This document shows, piece after piece, positions 18,259 through 27,321 of a stretch of DNA of 64,000 nt. Numbering within the stretch: the stretch's first letter is position 1; each line of letters begins with the position of its first letter. This DNA is from an uncultured Acholeplasmataceae bacterium (GTDB lineage: Bacteria; Bacillota_I; Bacilli_A; Acholeplasmatales; UBA5453), in assembly GCA_964649865.1 (NCBI GenBank), contig CAZYSQ010000001.1:13849-77848 (forward strand), read 5' to 3'. The notes beneath the pieces were generated by a model that made no database searches, was not told the origin of the DNA, and was given only the letters and a program-made list of their open reading frames with translations. Both the position numbers and the translations under genes were made by a program.

Positions 18259-19031
18259 GCCGCCTCCTCATCGGGCTCGTCGGTGGCCTCGTCCTCGGGG
18301 GCTTCGCTGGGCTCCTCGTCCGCTGCCTGCTCCTCACCGGGCTCGTCGGTCGGGTCGGCGTGTGCGGCGTCGGGGGTCGAGGGGTGCTCCTGCTCGGTCG
18401 GAGGGGGCGCCGGCCGGTCCCCGTCCGGGTCTGTGTCCGGGTGCTCACGCGGGTCGGGCATGTCGTCGGTGATTGCGGGGAACCGCTGTGTCTCGTCGAG
18501 GACGCAGCGGCGGACACCCTCTTCGATCGGCAGCACCGGGTCCGGCGCCGGCTCTGCGGCGGCGGGCAGCGCGAGCTGCGGTTCGGGGGTGATGTCCGCC
18601 CACACGGTCACCTGCACGCCGTCCACCGCACGAGACACCCGCATGTGCAGGCGGCCCTCCCTGGTCTCGTCCTGCACGAACGGGGCGTCCATAGCGGCGG
18701 CGTAGGCGAGGACAACGTTGCGGGCAGCGTCCGGAATCAGGCCAGGGTCGACCTGCGCGGTCGCGCGGCCCGGCTCGGTGTGCCAGTCGAGCGGGTACAG
18801 GCCGTTCGTGCCGGTCGGGAACAGGCGCTCCACAACCTCGCGGGCCTGGTCTGCCGACACCACGAGGGTCGGCGCCGCGACCTTGACCACGGCCGGCTCC
18901 GGGGTGGGCGGTGACACCAGTCGCGCCGCCGTCAGATCGTGGCGGGCACGGCCGATCCCGACCTGCCGCCACAGCGGGGTCTTCGCGGCGTGCCGTCCAC
19001 GGGTACGCGGCACAGTGAGCAGAGCCATCAC
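18255..19031 (-). CDS. hypothetical protein with a very acidic C-terminal tail
   Basis: ORF track. The tail reads ...DEPGEEQAADEEPSEAPEDEATDEPDEEAA. Confidence 0.5.
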   Translation of the reverse strand: MMALLTVPRTRGRHAAKTPLWRQVGIGRARHDLTAARLVSPPTPEPAVVKVAAPTLVVSADQAREVVERLFPTGTNGLYPLDWHTEPGRATAQVDPGLIPDAARNVVLAYAAAMDAPFVQDETREGRLHMRVSRAVDGVQVTVWADITPEPQLALPAAAEPAPDPVLPIEEGVRRCVLDETQRFPAITDDMPDPREHPDTDPDGDRPAPPPTEQEHPSTPDAAHADPTDEPGEEQAADEEPSEAPEDEATDEPDEEAA

Positions 19032-19348
19032 GCCACCTCCAGGCGAGACGTAGGGGCGGGAGCCTGAGCAGCAGCGAGCGCGGCACGGAACCTGTCGATG
19101 ACGGGCCGCATCGCCGGGTCCTCGCCGTGGGTCCGTTCGAGACGGTCCACATATGCGGTAAGCCGGACCTGGCCGTCGGGGGTAGCGGTCAATGTCGCCG
19201 TCCGGGCCGTGACATGGTCCCGCCCGGTGGGCGCGTGTGCGGTCTCGGCGGCCTGCTCCTCGGCGAGGATGTGCGCGGTCGCCTCGGTGTAGATCGCCAT
19301 CAGCCGCACAGCGGTGCGTAGCTCAGCGGGCGATAGCCGCGGGATCAA
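19028..19348 (-). CDS. hypothetical protein
   Basis: ORF track, ATGA coupling. Confidence 0.5.
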   Translation of the reverse strand: MIPRLSPAELRTAVRLMAIYTEATAHILAEEQAAETAHAPTGRDHVTARTATLTATPDGQVRLTAYVDRLERTHGEDPAMRPVIDRFRAALAAAQAPAPTSRLEVA

Positions 19349-19629
19349 CGGGCACCCCCGATCGGAGTGGCCGTGATGTCCGAGACGCCAGCCCTGCGTG
19401 GGTCGGTGGTGACCAGCGCATGATGCGGGGTGCCGTCCTCGAAGCGGCGGATCACCACTCCGTACCCGGCCTCAACCAGGCTCGGGATGTGGTCGACGAC
19501 AGATGCGATGCTGTCTTCGTCGAAGATCGTGGCGGTGGTACCGCCCAAGGGCGGGTCGGTACGGACCTGCCGCGGCTGTACACCCATCCCCCGCAGCACC
19601 TCGCGGAGTTTCTTCGTCGCGGGTTTCAT
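19345..19629 (-). CDS. hypothetical protein
   Basis: ATG 19629 (MKPATKKLREV...) forms ATGA with the upstream stop. Confidence 0.5.
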   Translation of the reverse strand: MKPATKKLREVLRGMGVQPRQVRTDPPLGGTTATIFDEDSIASVVDHIPSLVEAGYGVVIRRFEDGTPHHALVTTDPRRAGVSDITATPIGGAR

Positions 19630-19838
19630 GACGCCACCGCGTCCGGGTCGTGCCACGGGGCGTCGGGGTCGACCGGGCCCGGGTCAGTCCAGGTGGTGCC
19701 GCCAGCGGGGCGGCGGGGTGGGACCGGACGCACGGGGCACGCCCGGTCCTCCTCCCCCCGGCCCATCACCCAGCACAGGCACGCGAACATGAGGACGGCG
19801 GCAGCGGCGATGAGGATCTCGCTCAGAACGGCGCTCAC
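19626..19838 (-). CDS. small membrane protein
   Basis: N-terminal TM ILIAAAAVLMFACLCWVM. Confidence 0.45.
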   Translation of the reverse strand: MSAVLSEILIAAAAVLMFACLCWVMGRGEEDRACPVRPVPPRRPAGGTTWTDPGPVDPDAPWHDPDAVAS

Positions 19839-20032
19839 CGGGACACCTCCGTGCGGCGCGCGAGTTCCCGCGTGAGCCGGGCGATCTCGGCGTCCTTGGC
19901 CTCAAGCCGGTCGTTCAGTCCTCGGATCTCTTCGACGAACCCGTCGATGTCCTGCCGGGCGGCGGCGAGCTGCCGACGCAGGTCCACCTCGCTCATCGGG
20001 TCACCGCCTTCCGGGCGGTGCGGGTCAGCCAC
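19835..20032 (-). CDS. small coiled-coil protein
   Basis: ORF track. Confidence 0.45.
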   Translation of the reverse strand: MADPHRPEGGDPMSEVDLRRQLAAARQDIDGFVEEIRGLNDRLEAKDAEIARLTRELARRTEVSR

Positions 20033-20090
20033 TCGTAGGCGGCCATCACCCAGTCCGCTGCCGCGTGCCGACGGGACTCGTACTTGATCG

Positions 20091-20309
20091 TCACGACGTC
20101 ACCGCCGTCTCGACCAGGTGCCAGCCGGCGCCGGTGTTCACGACGAGACGGGCATCACGGTTGCCGCAGAACTCCAGGCCCCGCAGGAACCTGCGGGCGG
20201 CCTGCTCGTCCACGGACACGGTCACACGGTCCGGCGACGGGGAACCCTCGAACTCCACACCCCACCGCGTGGTGATCGGCGTCGTGGGCTTGGACAAGGT
20301 GACGGTCAC
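20091..20309 (-). CDS. hypothetical small protein
   Basis: GTG 20309 forms GTGA with the upstream stop. VTVTLSKPTTPITTRWGVEFEG... Confidence 0.45.
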   Translation of the reverse strand: MTVTLSKPTTPITTRWGVEFEGSPSPDRVTVSVDEQAARRFLRGLEFCGNRDARLVVNTGAGWHLVETAVTS

Positions 20310-20938
20310 CGATCCGCCTCCGTCCCGTCCAGGCAGCGGCGGGTGGGGCAGGGGTACCGGTCGTTGCACTCGGCGCAGACCAGGTCCCGCTCCTCGCACT
20401 CGCATGCGTCGTCCAGGCCGCAGGCTCCGTGGCATACCCCGTAGTGGAGGGCGCGGACGCGCTCCGCCTGCTCGCGCGCCGCGTCCCGCTCGGTCTCGGC
20501 CTGGACGGTGCGGTCGATCTGCTCGCCGAGGGTCTTCTCGGTGGAGGCCGCAACGGTGCGGGCCCGGTCCCGCTCGGCCTCGGCCTGCCGGATGTGGGCG
20601 ACGGACAGGTCCACGACCCGCGAGGACACGAAGGCCGTGAGGATTCCGGCGTTGATGAGGCTCGCGGCCTCCCGCGCGATCATGGACTGCGCGTGCGCGG
20701 GGTCCTTCGCGGTGCGCACGGAGACGCCGTCGATGATCCGGTGGACGCCGTCGGCGAGCCACGTCACGTCGGTCTCGGTGGTCCGGATCTCTTCCAGCTC
20801 GGCGCGGAGCTGCTCGACCTCGGCGGTCTGCCGCTCGGTGTACAGGGCGTCGAGGGCGTCAACGGTGTCGTTGCGCTTCTGTCCCTCGCGGGCGCCGTCG
20901 AGGATCTCGTCGAGGCGGTTGTAGAAGTTCTCAGGCAT
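20306..20938 (-). CDS. coiled-coil protein with C-terminal Cys cluster
   Basis: ATG 20938 (MPENFYNRLDEILDG...). Confidence 0.5.
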   Translation of the reverse strand: MPENFYNRLDEILDGAREGQKRNDTVDALDALYTERQTAEVEQLRAELEEIRTTETDVTWLADGVHRIIDGVSVRTAKDPAHAQSMIAREAASLINAGILTAFVSSRVVDLSVAHIRQAEAERDRARTVAASTEKTLGEQIDRTVQAETERDAAREQAERVRALHYGVCHGACGLDDACECEERDLVCAECNDRYPCPTRRCLDGTEADR

Positions 20939-21224
20939 CGGTCTCGTCTCCGTCCCGCTCGTCGGCGAGCGTGGGCAGCCCGAAAGCGGCGCGCTCCCGG
21001 TCAATGCGCTCGGCGCGGTCGTCGCCGTCCTCCTCGGCCAGCGCGGTCTCGCACCGGCCGCCGGGGATGAGCCCGTTGTCGCAGCCGGTCCCGCAGCACA
21101 TGAACGCCGCGCCATGGCAGCCGGGCGCGTCGCATCCGGTGTCGTAGCGGGGGTAGCCGCAGTCGGGGCACTCGTCGGGGACGATCACGATCGCGGCGCG
21201 GTCGTCGTCGTAGCCGATGGCCAT
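20931..21224 (-). CDS. Cys-rich small protein
   Basis: ATG 21224 (MAIGYDDDRAAIVIVPDECPDCGYP...) coupled to the upstream stop. Confidence 0.5.
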   Translation of the reverse strand: MAIGYDDDRAAIVIVPDECPDCGYPRYDTGCDAPGCHGAAFMCCGTGCDNGLIPGGRCETALAEEDGDDRAERIDRERAAFGLPTLADERDGDETDA

Positions 21225-21787
21225 CAGAGGTCTCCGTCCTGCGCGGTGATGATGGGGTGGCCGCCGGTGAGGCGGGCGAGGAGGCCGGGCCGGTCGGGCT
21301 TGGCGTGCCGGGGCTCGGCCGTCGGCGGTGCGGGCGGCAGCGGGTCCGGGTTGAGTCCGGTGTCCGGCATGGTGACCGTGGGGCCGTGGGTGGCGACGGG
21401 CTGCCCAGCAGGGTCCTGCGGGACGGGGCCGTGGAACGGGTCGTCGCAGATGTGGGTGACCTCGCCGCCGCCGGACACGGCCGGGTGAAGGCTGGGCTCC
21501 GGGGACTCGCACGTCGGGCAGTGCGTCGCGTCGGGTCCGGCGGGCTCATGCGGGACGGGCGGGGTGAGTGCGGCATTGACCTCGGCCGGGGTCCGGGCGG
21601 CCGGCGGCAGGTTGTCGCCGTTGACGGGCTTGCCGTTGCCCGCTATCTCCCGGCAGGCCGGGCATTCGGTCTGGGTGCTGGCGTCCCAGGGCAGGCAGGT
21701 GTGCGCGGGGTCGTGCGCGGCACCGCGCACCACCGTCGCGGCGGCGCGCAACTCCTCCGCGGGGCTGGTCGGGTTACTCTTCTCCAT
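21224..21787 (-). CDS. hypothetical Pro-rich protein
   Basis: ORF track, with a GGAAAGGAAG SD upstream. Confidence 0.5.
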   Translation of the reverse strand: MEKSNPTSPAEELRAAATVVRGAAHDPAHTCLPWDASTQTECPACREIAGNGKPVNGDNLPPAARTPAEVNAALTPPVPHEPAGPDATHCPTCESPEPSLHPAVSGGGEVTHICDDPFHGPVPQDPAGQPVATHGPTVTMPDTGLNPDPLPPAPPTAEPRHAKPDRPGLLARLTGGHPIITAQDGDL

Positions 21788-21884
21788 AGCCGGGACCGAC
21801 TTCCTTTCCTCTTCGTTGTGACTGGTGGTCGGGTTCGGTCAGGGCTCTGCGTCCGGGTGCGATCCGGGTGCGGGGCCCGTTCTG

Positions 21885-22085
21885 CTATGCGGCGTCGCGC
21901 TGCTCGCGGGCAGGCGCGAGGCATCCGCCCATCAGCTGGCGGAGCCGCAGGTACACGTCGTCGGCAGGGGTGAGTTCGGGGGCGGATGCGGCGGCGCGTT
22001 CGGCGGCTTCCCAGATCTGGGTGTCCGCGTCCGTCATCCCAGGCGTCCACCAGGCGGGGCGCGGCTGGCTCTGCGGGGCGCTCAC
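21885..22085 (-). CDS. hypothetical small protein
   Basis: ORF track, coupled to the cro-like gene. Confidence 0.45.
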   Translation of the reverse strand: MSAPQSQPRPAWWTPGMTDADTQIWEAAERAAASAPELTPADDVYLRLRQLMGGCLAPAREQRDAA

Positions 22086-22378
22086 GCTGCGGCCTGTTCG
22101 GTCGGCGCGTCCTCAACGATGTCGAAGAGGTTGCGGAAGTTCTCCCTCGGGAACGCAGCGAGAAGGGCCGCGATCACGCGGGGGCCGGGGCGCCCTCCGG
22201 ATTCGACGATCCGGGTGATGGTGGGCTGGGAGATGCCGAGGGCGGTGGCTTGCGCCACTTGGGTGGTCCAGCCTCGGGCCGCGACGAGTTCGCGGTAACG
22301 GAGTCGGTTGAGGTCGACGGTGAGCGGGTGTTCGCCCTGAGACCTCTTGTATCCGTGCATGGATGCGACTGTATCCAT
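22082..22378 (-). CDS. Cro/XRE-type HTH regulator (first gene of the early operon)
   Basis: HTH TQVAQATALGISQPTITRIV. The start is uncertain (ATG 22378 or 22360) because the operator repeats overlap the 5' end of the long ORF. Confidence 0.7.
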   Translation of the reverse strand: MDTVASMHGYKRSQGEHPLTVDLNRLRYRELVAARGWTTQVAQATALGISQPTITRIVESGGRPGPRVIAALLAAFPRENFRNLFDIVEDAPTEQAAA

Positions 22379-22547
22379 ATCCGAGCATGGATACAAGGGA
22401 CTTGAGTGTATTCAGTCGCGAATATCTAGAACGATCTTGCAGGTCAGCAGGTCAGATAGCACACACGTTCGAAACTCTCCGCCATCCCAGATACGCCGCG
22501 ACACGAACCCCCAACCCGGATGACCGTTAATATCCATACACGGATGC
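22348..22547. promoter_or_regulatory. genetic-switch intergenic region with (T)GTATCC(A/G)T operator half-sites
   Basis: Inverted repeat TGTATCCAT (22370-22378) N8 ATGGATACA (22387-22395). Related copies lie near 22349 and 22531. Low-GC spacer between divergent HTH genes. Confidence 0.6.
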
Positions 22548-22561
22548 TAAGCTCTGGCCCC

Positions 22562-23086
22562 ATGACCAGCGAGACCGCCATCTCGCGGTGGCTCCACACC
22601 GAGATGCCCCGACGCGGCTACCCCCTCCAAGGCCACAGAGCCGGAGGCATCTCCCGCCTCGCCGAAGACGCCGGCATCCCCCAAGCAACCATGAGCCGGA
22701 TCGTCAACGGCCGAGCCGAACCCTCCGTCGAGAGCCTCCGCAAGCTCGCGCACCTATGGAAGATCCCCCTCGGCGAACTACTCGTCCACGCCGGGCTCGC
22801 CGACCCCTCCGACCTCCACGTCTACATCACTCACCCCGACAGCGACCACGTCGACTCGCTCGCCTCAATTCCCGCCCACATCAAACTCGACGACCTGGAG
22901 CCGTGGGAACGAGGCATCTGGCTCATCCCTGACCTCACCGACAAGGAGAAGAAGTCGATGATCCTCCTGGTTCGGTTGCGGCGCGGGACCGTTGACGACG
23001 AGGGTCTCCTGCACCTCTACCATGCGCTGGGCCAGATCGTGGAGCGGCGTCTCGGCTCGGACAATCCACGTCGGCGGGCCATGTAA
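22562..23086 (+). CDS. CI-like XRE-family repressor
   Basis: HTH ISRLAEDAGIPQATMSRIVNG. Start moved to ATG 22562 because the first 14 codons of the long ORF have low GC3. Confidence 0.72.
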   Translation: MTSETAISRWLHTEMPRRGYPLQGHRAGGISRLAEDAGIPQATMSRIVNGRAEPSVESLRKLAHLWKIPLGELLVHAGLADPSDLHVYITHPDSDHVDSLASIPAHIKLDDLEPWERGIWLIPDLTDKEKKSMILLVRLRRGTVDDEGLLHLYHALGQIVERRLGSDNPRRRAM

Positions 23087-23269
23087 GGCGGCCTCCGTTT
23101 CCACAGCGACACACCCGTAAAAACACGGATAGTGAAGTAATAACTACATTACCTAGTTGATACGTTGCCGCCCCGCCACCATCCTGTAGCGTCACAACCT
23201 CACGGGGACCTGGCACACGCTCGACTGCGCCCCCACAGCGCAGCGCAACACGCAACGAGGTGTGCCTGC

Positions 23270-24331
23270 ATGTCCATCGTCGATGAATCCGGCATCACAC
23301 CGGAACCCGGCGACCACCCCATCCCCCTACCCGAGATCCGAGCCCTCGACTGGCTCGACATCTGGCACCACCACCACACCAAATACCCCGACCTCGCCGC
23401 CGAGCAGGACACAGCCGCGTTCGCCGCCGCACTCGACTACTACTCCGACTCCTGCGACGTCCCCGGCGCCTACCTCCGCGCCCTCCGCACCGGCACGCCC
23501 GACACCCGCTACCGCATCACCATCGACGGCCGGGACGTCTACATCGTCCTCGCGCACCCGCCCGGCCCCGTGGACCCGCCACGCGAGTCCGAATCCTGGG
23601 CCGAACTCTGCCACGCCATCGCCACCGCGACCGGCTGCGACGGCATCCACCCCGCCCTCCCCCGCGAACTCGCCCTCGCCATATGGACCGACGACAACGG
23701 CCACGAAATCACCGCGTGCCGGCCCGGCGCCCCCGTCGGCGCGATCCGCCGCGCCCGCTCCAGAATCCGCCGCCGCCTCACAGCACTCTCCCCGCTCCCC
23801 CTCGCCGGTGTCCTCGCCCAACCCCTCACCGGCAGCGCCACCCTCGTAGGCATCGCACTCGCACCCGTCATACCGCCCATCCACACCACCCCGCCACCAG
23901 CACCAGTGGTCCGCGAGTACGCCGGCGAGATCGACCGCCCCGAACTCCCCCACATTCCGGGGCTGCGCCTCACCGCGGCTACACCCACCCCACTCGCGCC
24001 TCTGACTCCCGAGCGGCCAGACGATGCCGCAGCCCCCGACACCAGCCCCCGCCCGACCATCACCCCCGCAGCGCCGACCACGGCACCCACCACACCTGCT
24101 GCCAGCCCCACACCGGGCGTCTCCACCCGCCCCACACCGACCAGCAGCCCCGCACCCGAAACAACCTCCGCCGACCCGACACCCGCGCCGACACAGCCAG
24201 ACCAGCCCCCCACGGACGACACAACCCCTACGGCGCAGCCGTCACCCAGCAGCAGCCACACACCCCGCGGACACGCCTACGGGCACGACAGACACCGGCA
24301 CAAGCCGCACCCGTCACACCGGCGCCGCTGA
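23270..24331 (+). CDS. membrane-anchored protein with Pro/Thr-rich C-terminus, between repressor and integrase
   Basis: ATG 23270 (MSIVDESGITPEPG...). Hydrophobic segment LSPLPLAGVLAQPLTGSATLVGIALAPVI, then PT-rich low complexity. The 3' end overlaps the int 3' end by 18 nt. Confidence 0.5.
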   Translation: MSIVDESGITPEPGDHPIPLPEIRALDWLDIWHHHHTKYPDLAAEQDTAAFAAALDYYSDSCDVPGAYLRALRTGTPDTRYRITIDGRDVYIVLAHPPGPVDPPRESESWAELCHAIATATGCDGIHPALPRELALAIWTDDNGHEITACRPGAPVGAIRRARSRIRRRLTALSPLPLAGVLAQPLTGSATLVGIALAPVIPPIHTTPPPAPVVREYAGEIDRPELPHIPGLRLTAATPTPLAPLTPERPDDAAAPDTSPRPTITPAAPTTAPTTPAASPTPGVSTRPTPTSSPAPETTSADPTPAPTQPDQPPTDDTTPTAQPSPSSSHTPRGHAYGHDRHRHKPHPSHRRR

Positions 24332-26146
24332 CCCGCCCGCGTCTTTACCGTCGTCCCGGCTGTTCGGCTGCCGCCACACGATCCGCACCGACTCCTCGAT
24401 CGTGAACCGTTTCTTGTCACGCAACGGCAGGATCTCCACCCGGTCCACCAGCGCCCGGATCACGGCCCGCCGCTGCGGCAACGACCGCGCCCCCCACGCT
24501 GCCCTGACATCGTTCACGTCCGGCAGCAGCAGCCCCTCCAACACCGGCCCCACCCGCACCTGGGCCAACCGTGCACGCGTCGCCTTGATCGCGGGTTCCA
24601 GAGTCGACTCCACCCGCAACAGTCCCTCCAACGACAGTCCTTTGCCTGTCGCATACGAGTCGCGAGCCTCGTCCAAGCGGGCCTGCATCCCGGCGATCTC
24701 CGCCGTCATCTCCGAAAGCTGCGACTCCACCCGCGCGTCCTCCGCTGTCAGCAGCTCCGCCAAGTCGGGCCGTGCCAGCCGCAGCCACACCGACCGTTCC
24801 ACATGGTCATCCACGTCTTTCATCGCGCGGGCCACGTGGTAGCTCTTCTCACGGTCGTCACCGGCTACGACAAGCTTCATCTCGCCGCGGCGGGCACGCT
24901 CGGCCTTCAGCCGCAGGCTCAGCGTGGACGGCCACAACCCCAGGCCCCGGGACACGCTGGCCTGAGTGACGCCGGTCTTCACCAGATCCAGGATCATCGC
25001 GGTCTGTTCTCCCACCGGTAGCCGGGCCAACACCGCGAGATCCTCTGCGTCCGCCTCCCTCGCTGCCCTGCGGGAACTACGCGCCACCAGAACCCTCGGC
25101 CGGCACGTGTACGCCAGACCGTTCCGGCGAGTGATCGGACGCACCACCGCACCGCACACCCCACACACGTACAGGCCCGACCCCAGATACTTGATGCTGG
25201 TGTCCTTCACCTTGCGCCGAGCCTGATCCGACAACCGCGCCACTAGGGCGTAATGGTCCGCCTTGCCCACCAGCGGCGGCCACGTCCCCTCCGCCACCAC
25301 CTCCCCGTAATACGACCGCATCCCCGCATACGTCGGGCTCATCGCAACCCGCCGCACCGCAGTCGGCGACCAGCCACGGTCACCGCCCGCAGGGGCAGGG
25401 ATACCGCGCCAATTCAGATCCGCGGCAACACTCCGTGACGCCTCTCCCCTCAACACGCGCCGTGCGATCTCCCGCACCACCCCAGCCCGCGTGTAGACAG
25501 ACACCTCGCCTGTGCGGGTCTTCGCCGACCGCGGCTCATCATCGGGTTCCTGGCTGACGATGTGCCGCTGCCCATGCCGGTCCACCTCGTATTCGCGGAC
25601 GTACCCGTATGGCACTGTCCCGTGAGGCTGACCCACCAACGCCATCGACTCAGTGTCCCGCTGGATCCGCTCAGAGGTCCGCTCCGCCTCGTCTGCGCTG
25701 TCCAGGCCCTCTTCGGCGAGAGTCTTGTAGTCGCGGCGGCGCCGCGGGTCGTAGGTGCGGCGGTGTGAGGTGATGTGGATCAGCACGCCGATCTTCCGGC
25801 ATGTGTGCAGGAATTCAAGCCAGCGCAGGTCGTCACGGTCACCGCGGGAAACCTCCCACACCACCACAACGTGGTACCGGCGAGCGGCCACGTCGGCGCG
25901 TAGCCGGTCCCAGTCAGGACGGGGTTTGGTCGCGAACCGTGACGCGGGCCGGTTGTTGTCGCAGTAGACGGCGTCCTCGGCGAGGACCCATGCTTCGGCC
26001 GCGCACACGGCACGGTTCCCGTCGTCCTGCTCTTTGACCGATCGGCGCCGCCCGGAGCGGTCCTTGCTGACCCGGTCGTAGATCGCGGCAAGCAGCGGGG
26101 TTCCCGCGTCGAGGGCTGCGTGGGCGAATCCGAGGGGGCGTGGCAT
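24314..26146 (-). CDS. int: large serine recombinase (phage integrase)
   Basis: Catalytic AAIYDRVSKD, VVVVWEVSRGDRD, and a long recombinase / zinc-ribbon / coiled-coil C-terminus. ATG 26146 is preferred over 26182 because the 36 nt between them are low GC. Confidence 0.9.
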   Translation of the reverse strand: MPRPLGFAHAALDAGTPLLAAIYDRVSKDRSGRRRSVKEQDDGNRAVCAAEAWVLAEDAVYCDNNRPASRFATKPRPDWDRLRADVAARRYHVVVVWEVSRGDRDDLRWLEFLHTCRKIGVLIHITSHRRTYDPRRRRDYKTLAEEGLDSADEAERTSERIQRDTESMALVGQPHGTVPYGYVREYEVDRHGQRHIVSQEPDDEPRSAKTRTGEVSVYTRAGVVREIARRVLRGEASRSVAADLNWRGIPAPAGGDRGWSPTAVRRVAMSPTYAGMRSYYGEVVAEGTWPPLVGKADHYALVARLSDQARRKVKDTSIKYLGSGLYVCGVCGAVVRPITRRNGLAYTCRPRVLVARSSRRAAREADAEDLAVLARLPVGEQTAMILDLVKTGVTQASVSRGLGLWPSTLSLRLKAERARRGEMKLVVAGDDREKSYHVARAMKDVDDHVERSVWLRLARPDLAELLTAEDARVESQLSEMTAEIAGMQARLDEARDSYATGKGLSLEGLLRVESTLEPAIKATRARLAQVRVGPVLEGLLLPDVNDVRAAWGARSLPQRRAVIRALVDRVEILPLRDKKRFTIEESVRIVWRQPNSRDDGKDAGGSAAPV

Positions 26147-26182
26147 GACGATACGATAGCTTGAAGTATTGACAACGCGCAT

Positions 26183-26221
26183 CGTCCAGAGACACGCTCG
26201 TACCTACGTGCTTCAGGGACG
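26183..26221. other. candidate attP-like imperfect inverted repeat upstream of the serine integrase
   Basis: CGTCCagagaCACG ... CGTGcttcagGGACG flanks a ctcgtaccta centre. Weak, seen by eye only. Confidence 0.25.
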
Positions 26222-26246
26222 CCGCCGCTGAGGAGGCGGCCCCTTC

Positions 26247-26468
26247 ATGACCAATGGAGACGACCTCATGATCGACCCGGATCTGGCCGCCGAGTGGGCG
26301 GTAGACAACGCGCTCGACGCCGACCACGACGACCCGTTCGCTGGCGACGACCCGCCGGCGGACTTGCAGCCGGAGCCGCTGCCCAGCGAGGACTCGGCGG
26401 TCCGGTCGGCGTTCGCCGCGGACGCCCGCCGCACGGACGTGCCGTTTGCCAGCGAGGCGCCGTTCTGA
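26247..26468 (+). CDS. highly acidic small protein (73 aa; 15 Asp, 4 Glu)
   Basis: ORF track. First gene of the plus-strand operon. TGATG coupling to the next gene. Confidence 0.55.
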   Translation: MTNGDDLMIDPDLAAEWAVDNALDADHDDPFAGDDPPADLQPEPLPSEDSAVRSAFAADARRTDVPFASEAPF

Positions 26469-26746
26469 TGGCCACCGACATCGTGACCTATGGCGTTCGA
26501 GGCCCGGACGCCCGCAACACCGTCGTCACCGCATCCTCCCGGCAATCTGCGCTCGACATGCTCCTCCCCGGCGACCGGCTCATGGAGTCGTTCGACGGCG
26601 GGCAGACGTGGGGTGACGGCCGAGCCCGGATCGTGGACGGTGAACTCCGCGACCACGGCAGCAGCAAGTGCGACGACTGCGGCGACGCCCTGATCATGCC
26701 CGGCTGGCTGTGCTACGACTGCGCGCAGGCCAGGGGGCTCCGATGA
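26468..26746 (+). CDS. hypothetical protein with C-terminal CxxC..CxxC
   Basis: ATG 26468 (MATDIVTYGV...). Confidence 0.5.
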   Translation: MATDIVTYGVRGPDARNTVVTASSRQSALDMLLPGDRLMESFDGGQTWGDGRARIVDGELRDHGSSKCDDCGDALIMPGWLCYDCAQARGLR

Positions 26747-26979
26747 CTGCCGGTATCCGCATCACGCCCGGCCAGGTCTACGAGTCCTGCGACCCGCGCG
26801 GCGGTTTCGCGATCAGGATCGTCACCTACACACCCGGCGCCAACCGCGCCGACGTCGTCGATCATCAGACGGGCAAGTACCCCAGGTCGATCCTCGTGAC
26901 GTCCCTTCACGTGGATGCCACCACCCATTACGGTACGCCCCGCCGCACTGGGTACCGACTCGTTCAGGATGCTTCGTGA
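26743..26979 (+). CDS. hypothetical protein
   Basis: ATG 26743 forms ATGA with the upstream stop. Confidence 0.5.
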   Translation: MTAGIRITPGQVYESCDPRGGFAIRIVTYTPGANRADVVDHQTGKYPRSILVTSLHVDATTHYGTPRRTGYRLVQDAS

Positions 26980-27242
26980 CCGCGCCGAGCGCTGAGGCGC
27001 GGGAGTTGGCGGCAGCGATCCGCGATGCGCTCCACGTGCCCAGCGCCGACACCAGCGCACCCGGCGCCGAGTACGCGGAGGACATGCTTCGGCTGAAGCG
27101 TGTCGGCTACGTGCGCGGCGTTCTGGGCGGTCTTGCCAACGGTACGTGCGGTGTGGTCGACACGGTGCACACGATCCGTGAGGCGACCGTCGAGTTCCCC
27201 GTCACGTATCCCGTCCGCCAGAAGGCCGGGGTGGCGTCGTGA
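26976..27242 (+). CDS. hypothetical protein
   Basis: GTG start coupled as GTGA. Confidence 0.5.
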   Translation: MTAPSAEARELAAAIRDALHVPSADTSAPGAEYAEDMLRLKRVGYVRGVLGGLANGTCGVVDTVHTIREATVEFPVTYPVRQKAGVAS

Positions 27243-27321
27243 GGGCGCGTGTTCAGGCCGTGGTTCTGGCTGCCGCCTGCTGGACGATCCTCATCCCACT
27301 TGCCGCCTACAGGGGGCTCCT

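Larger units (their letters stand above)
1..26246 (-). mobile_element. Temperate actinophage early / immunity / integration arm
   Basis: Near-continuous minus-strand operons with ATGA/GTGA stop-start overlaps. Contains DnaB, DnaC-like, RusA, 2 HNH, RecB-type nuclease, WhiB, Pnkp, RNA ligase, C5-MTase, a divergent HTH pair and a serine recombinase. Confidence 0.8.

Noticed and set aside
22520-22561. Longer N-terminus of the CI-like repressor (MTVNIHTRMLSSGP)
   Set aside because: These 14 codons have low GC3 and overlap an operator-like TATCCATACA copy. ATG 22562 gives a normal XRE N-terminus.
23900-24300. Tandem DNA repeat or minisatellite in the Pro/Thr-coding region
   Set aside because: The low complexity is at the amino-acid level (PT-rich) without a clean nucleotide period. 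I treat it as a disordered protein tail rather than a DNA repeat feature.
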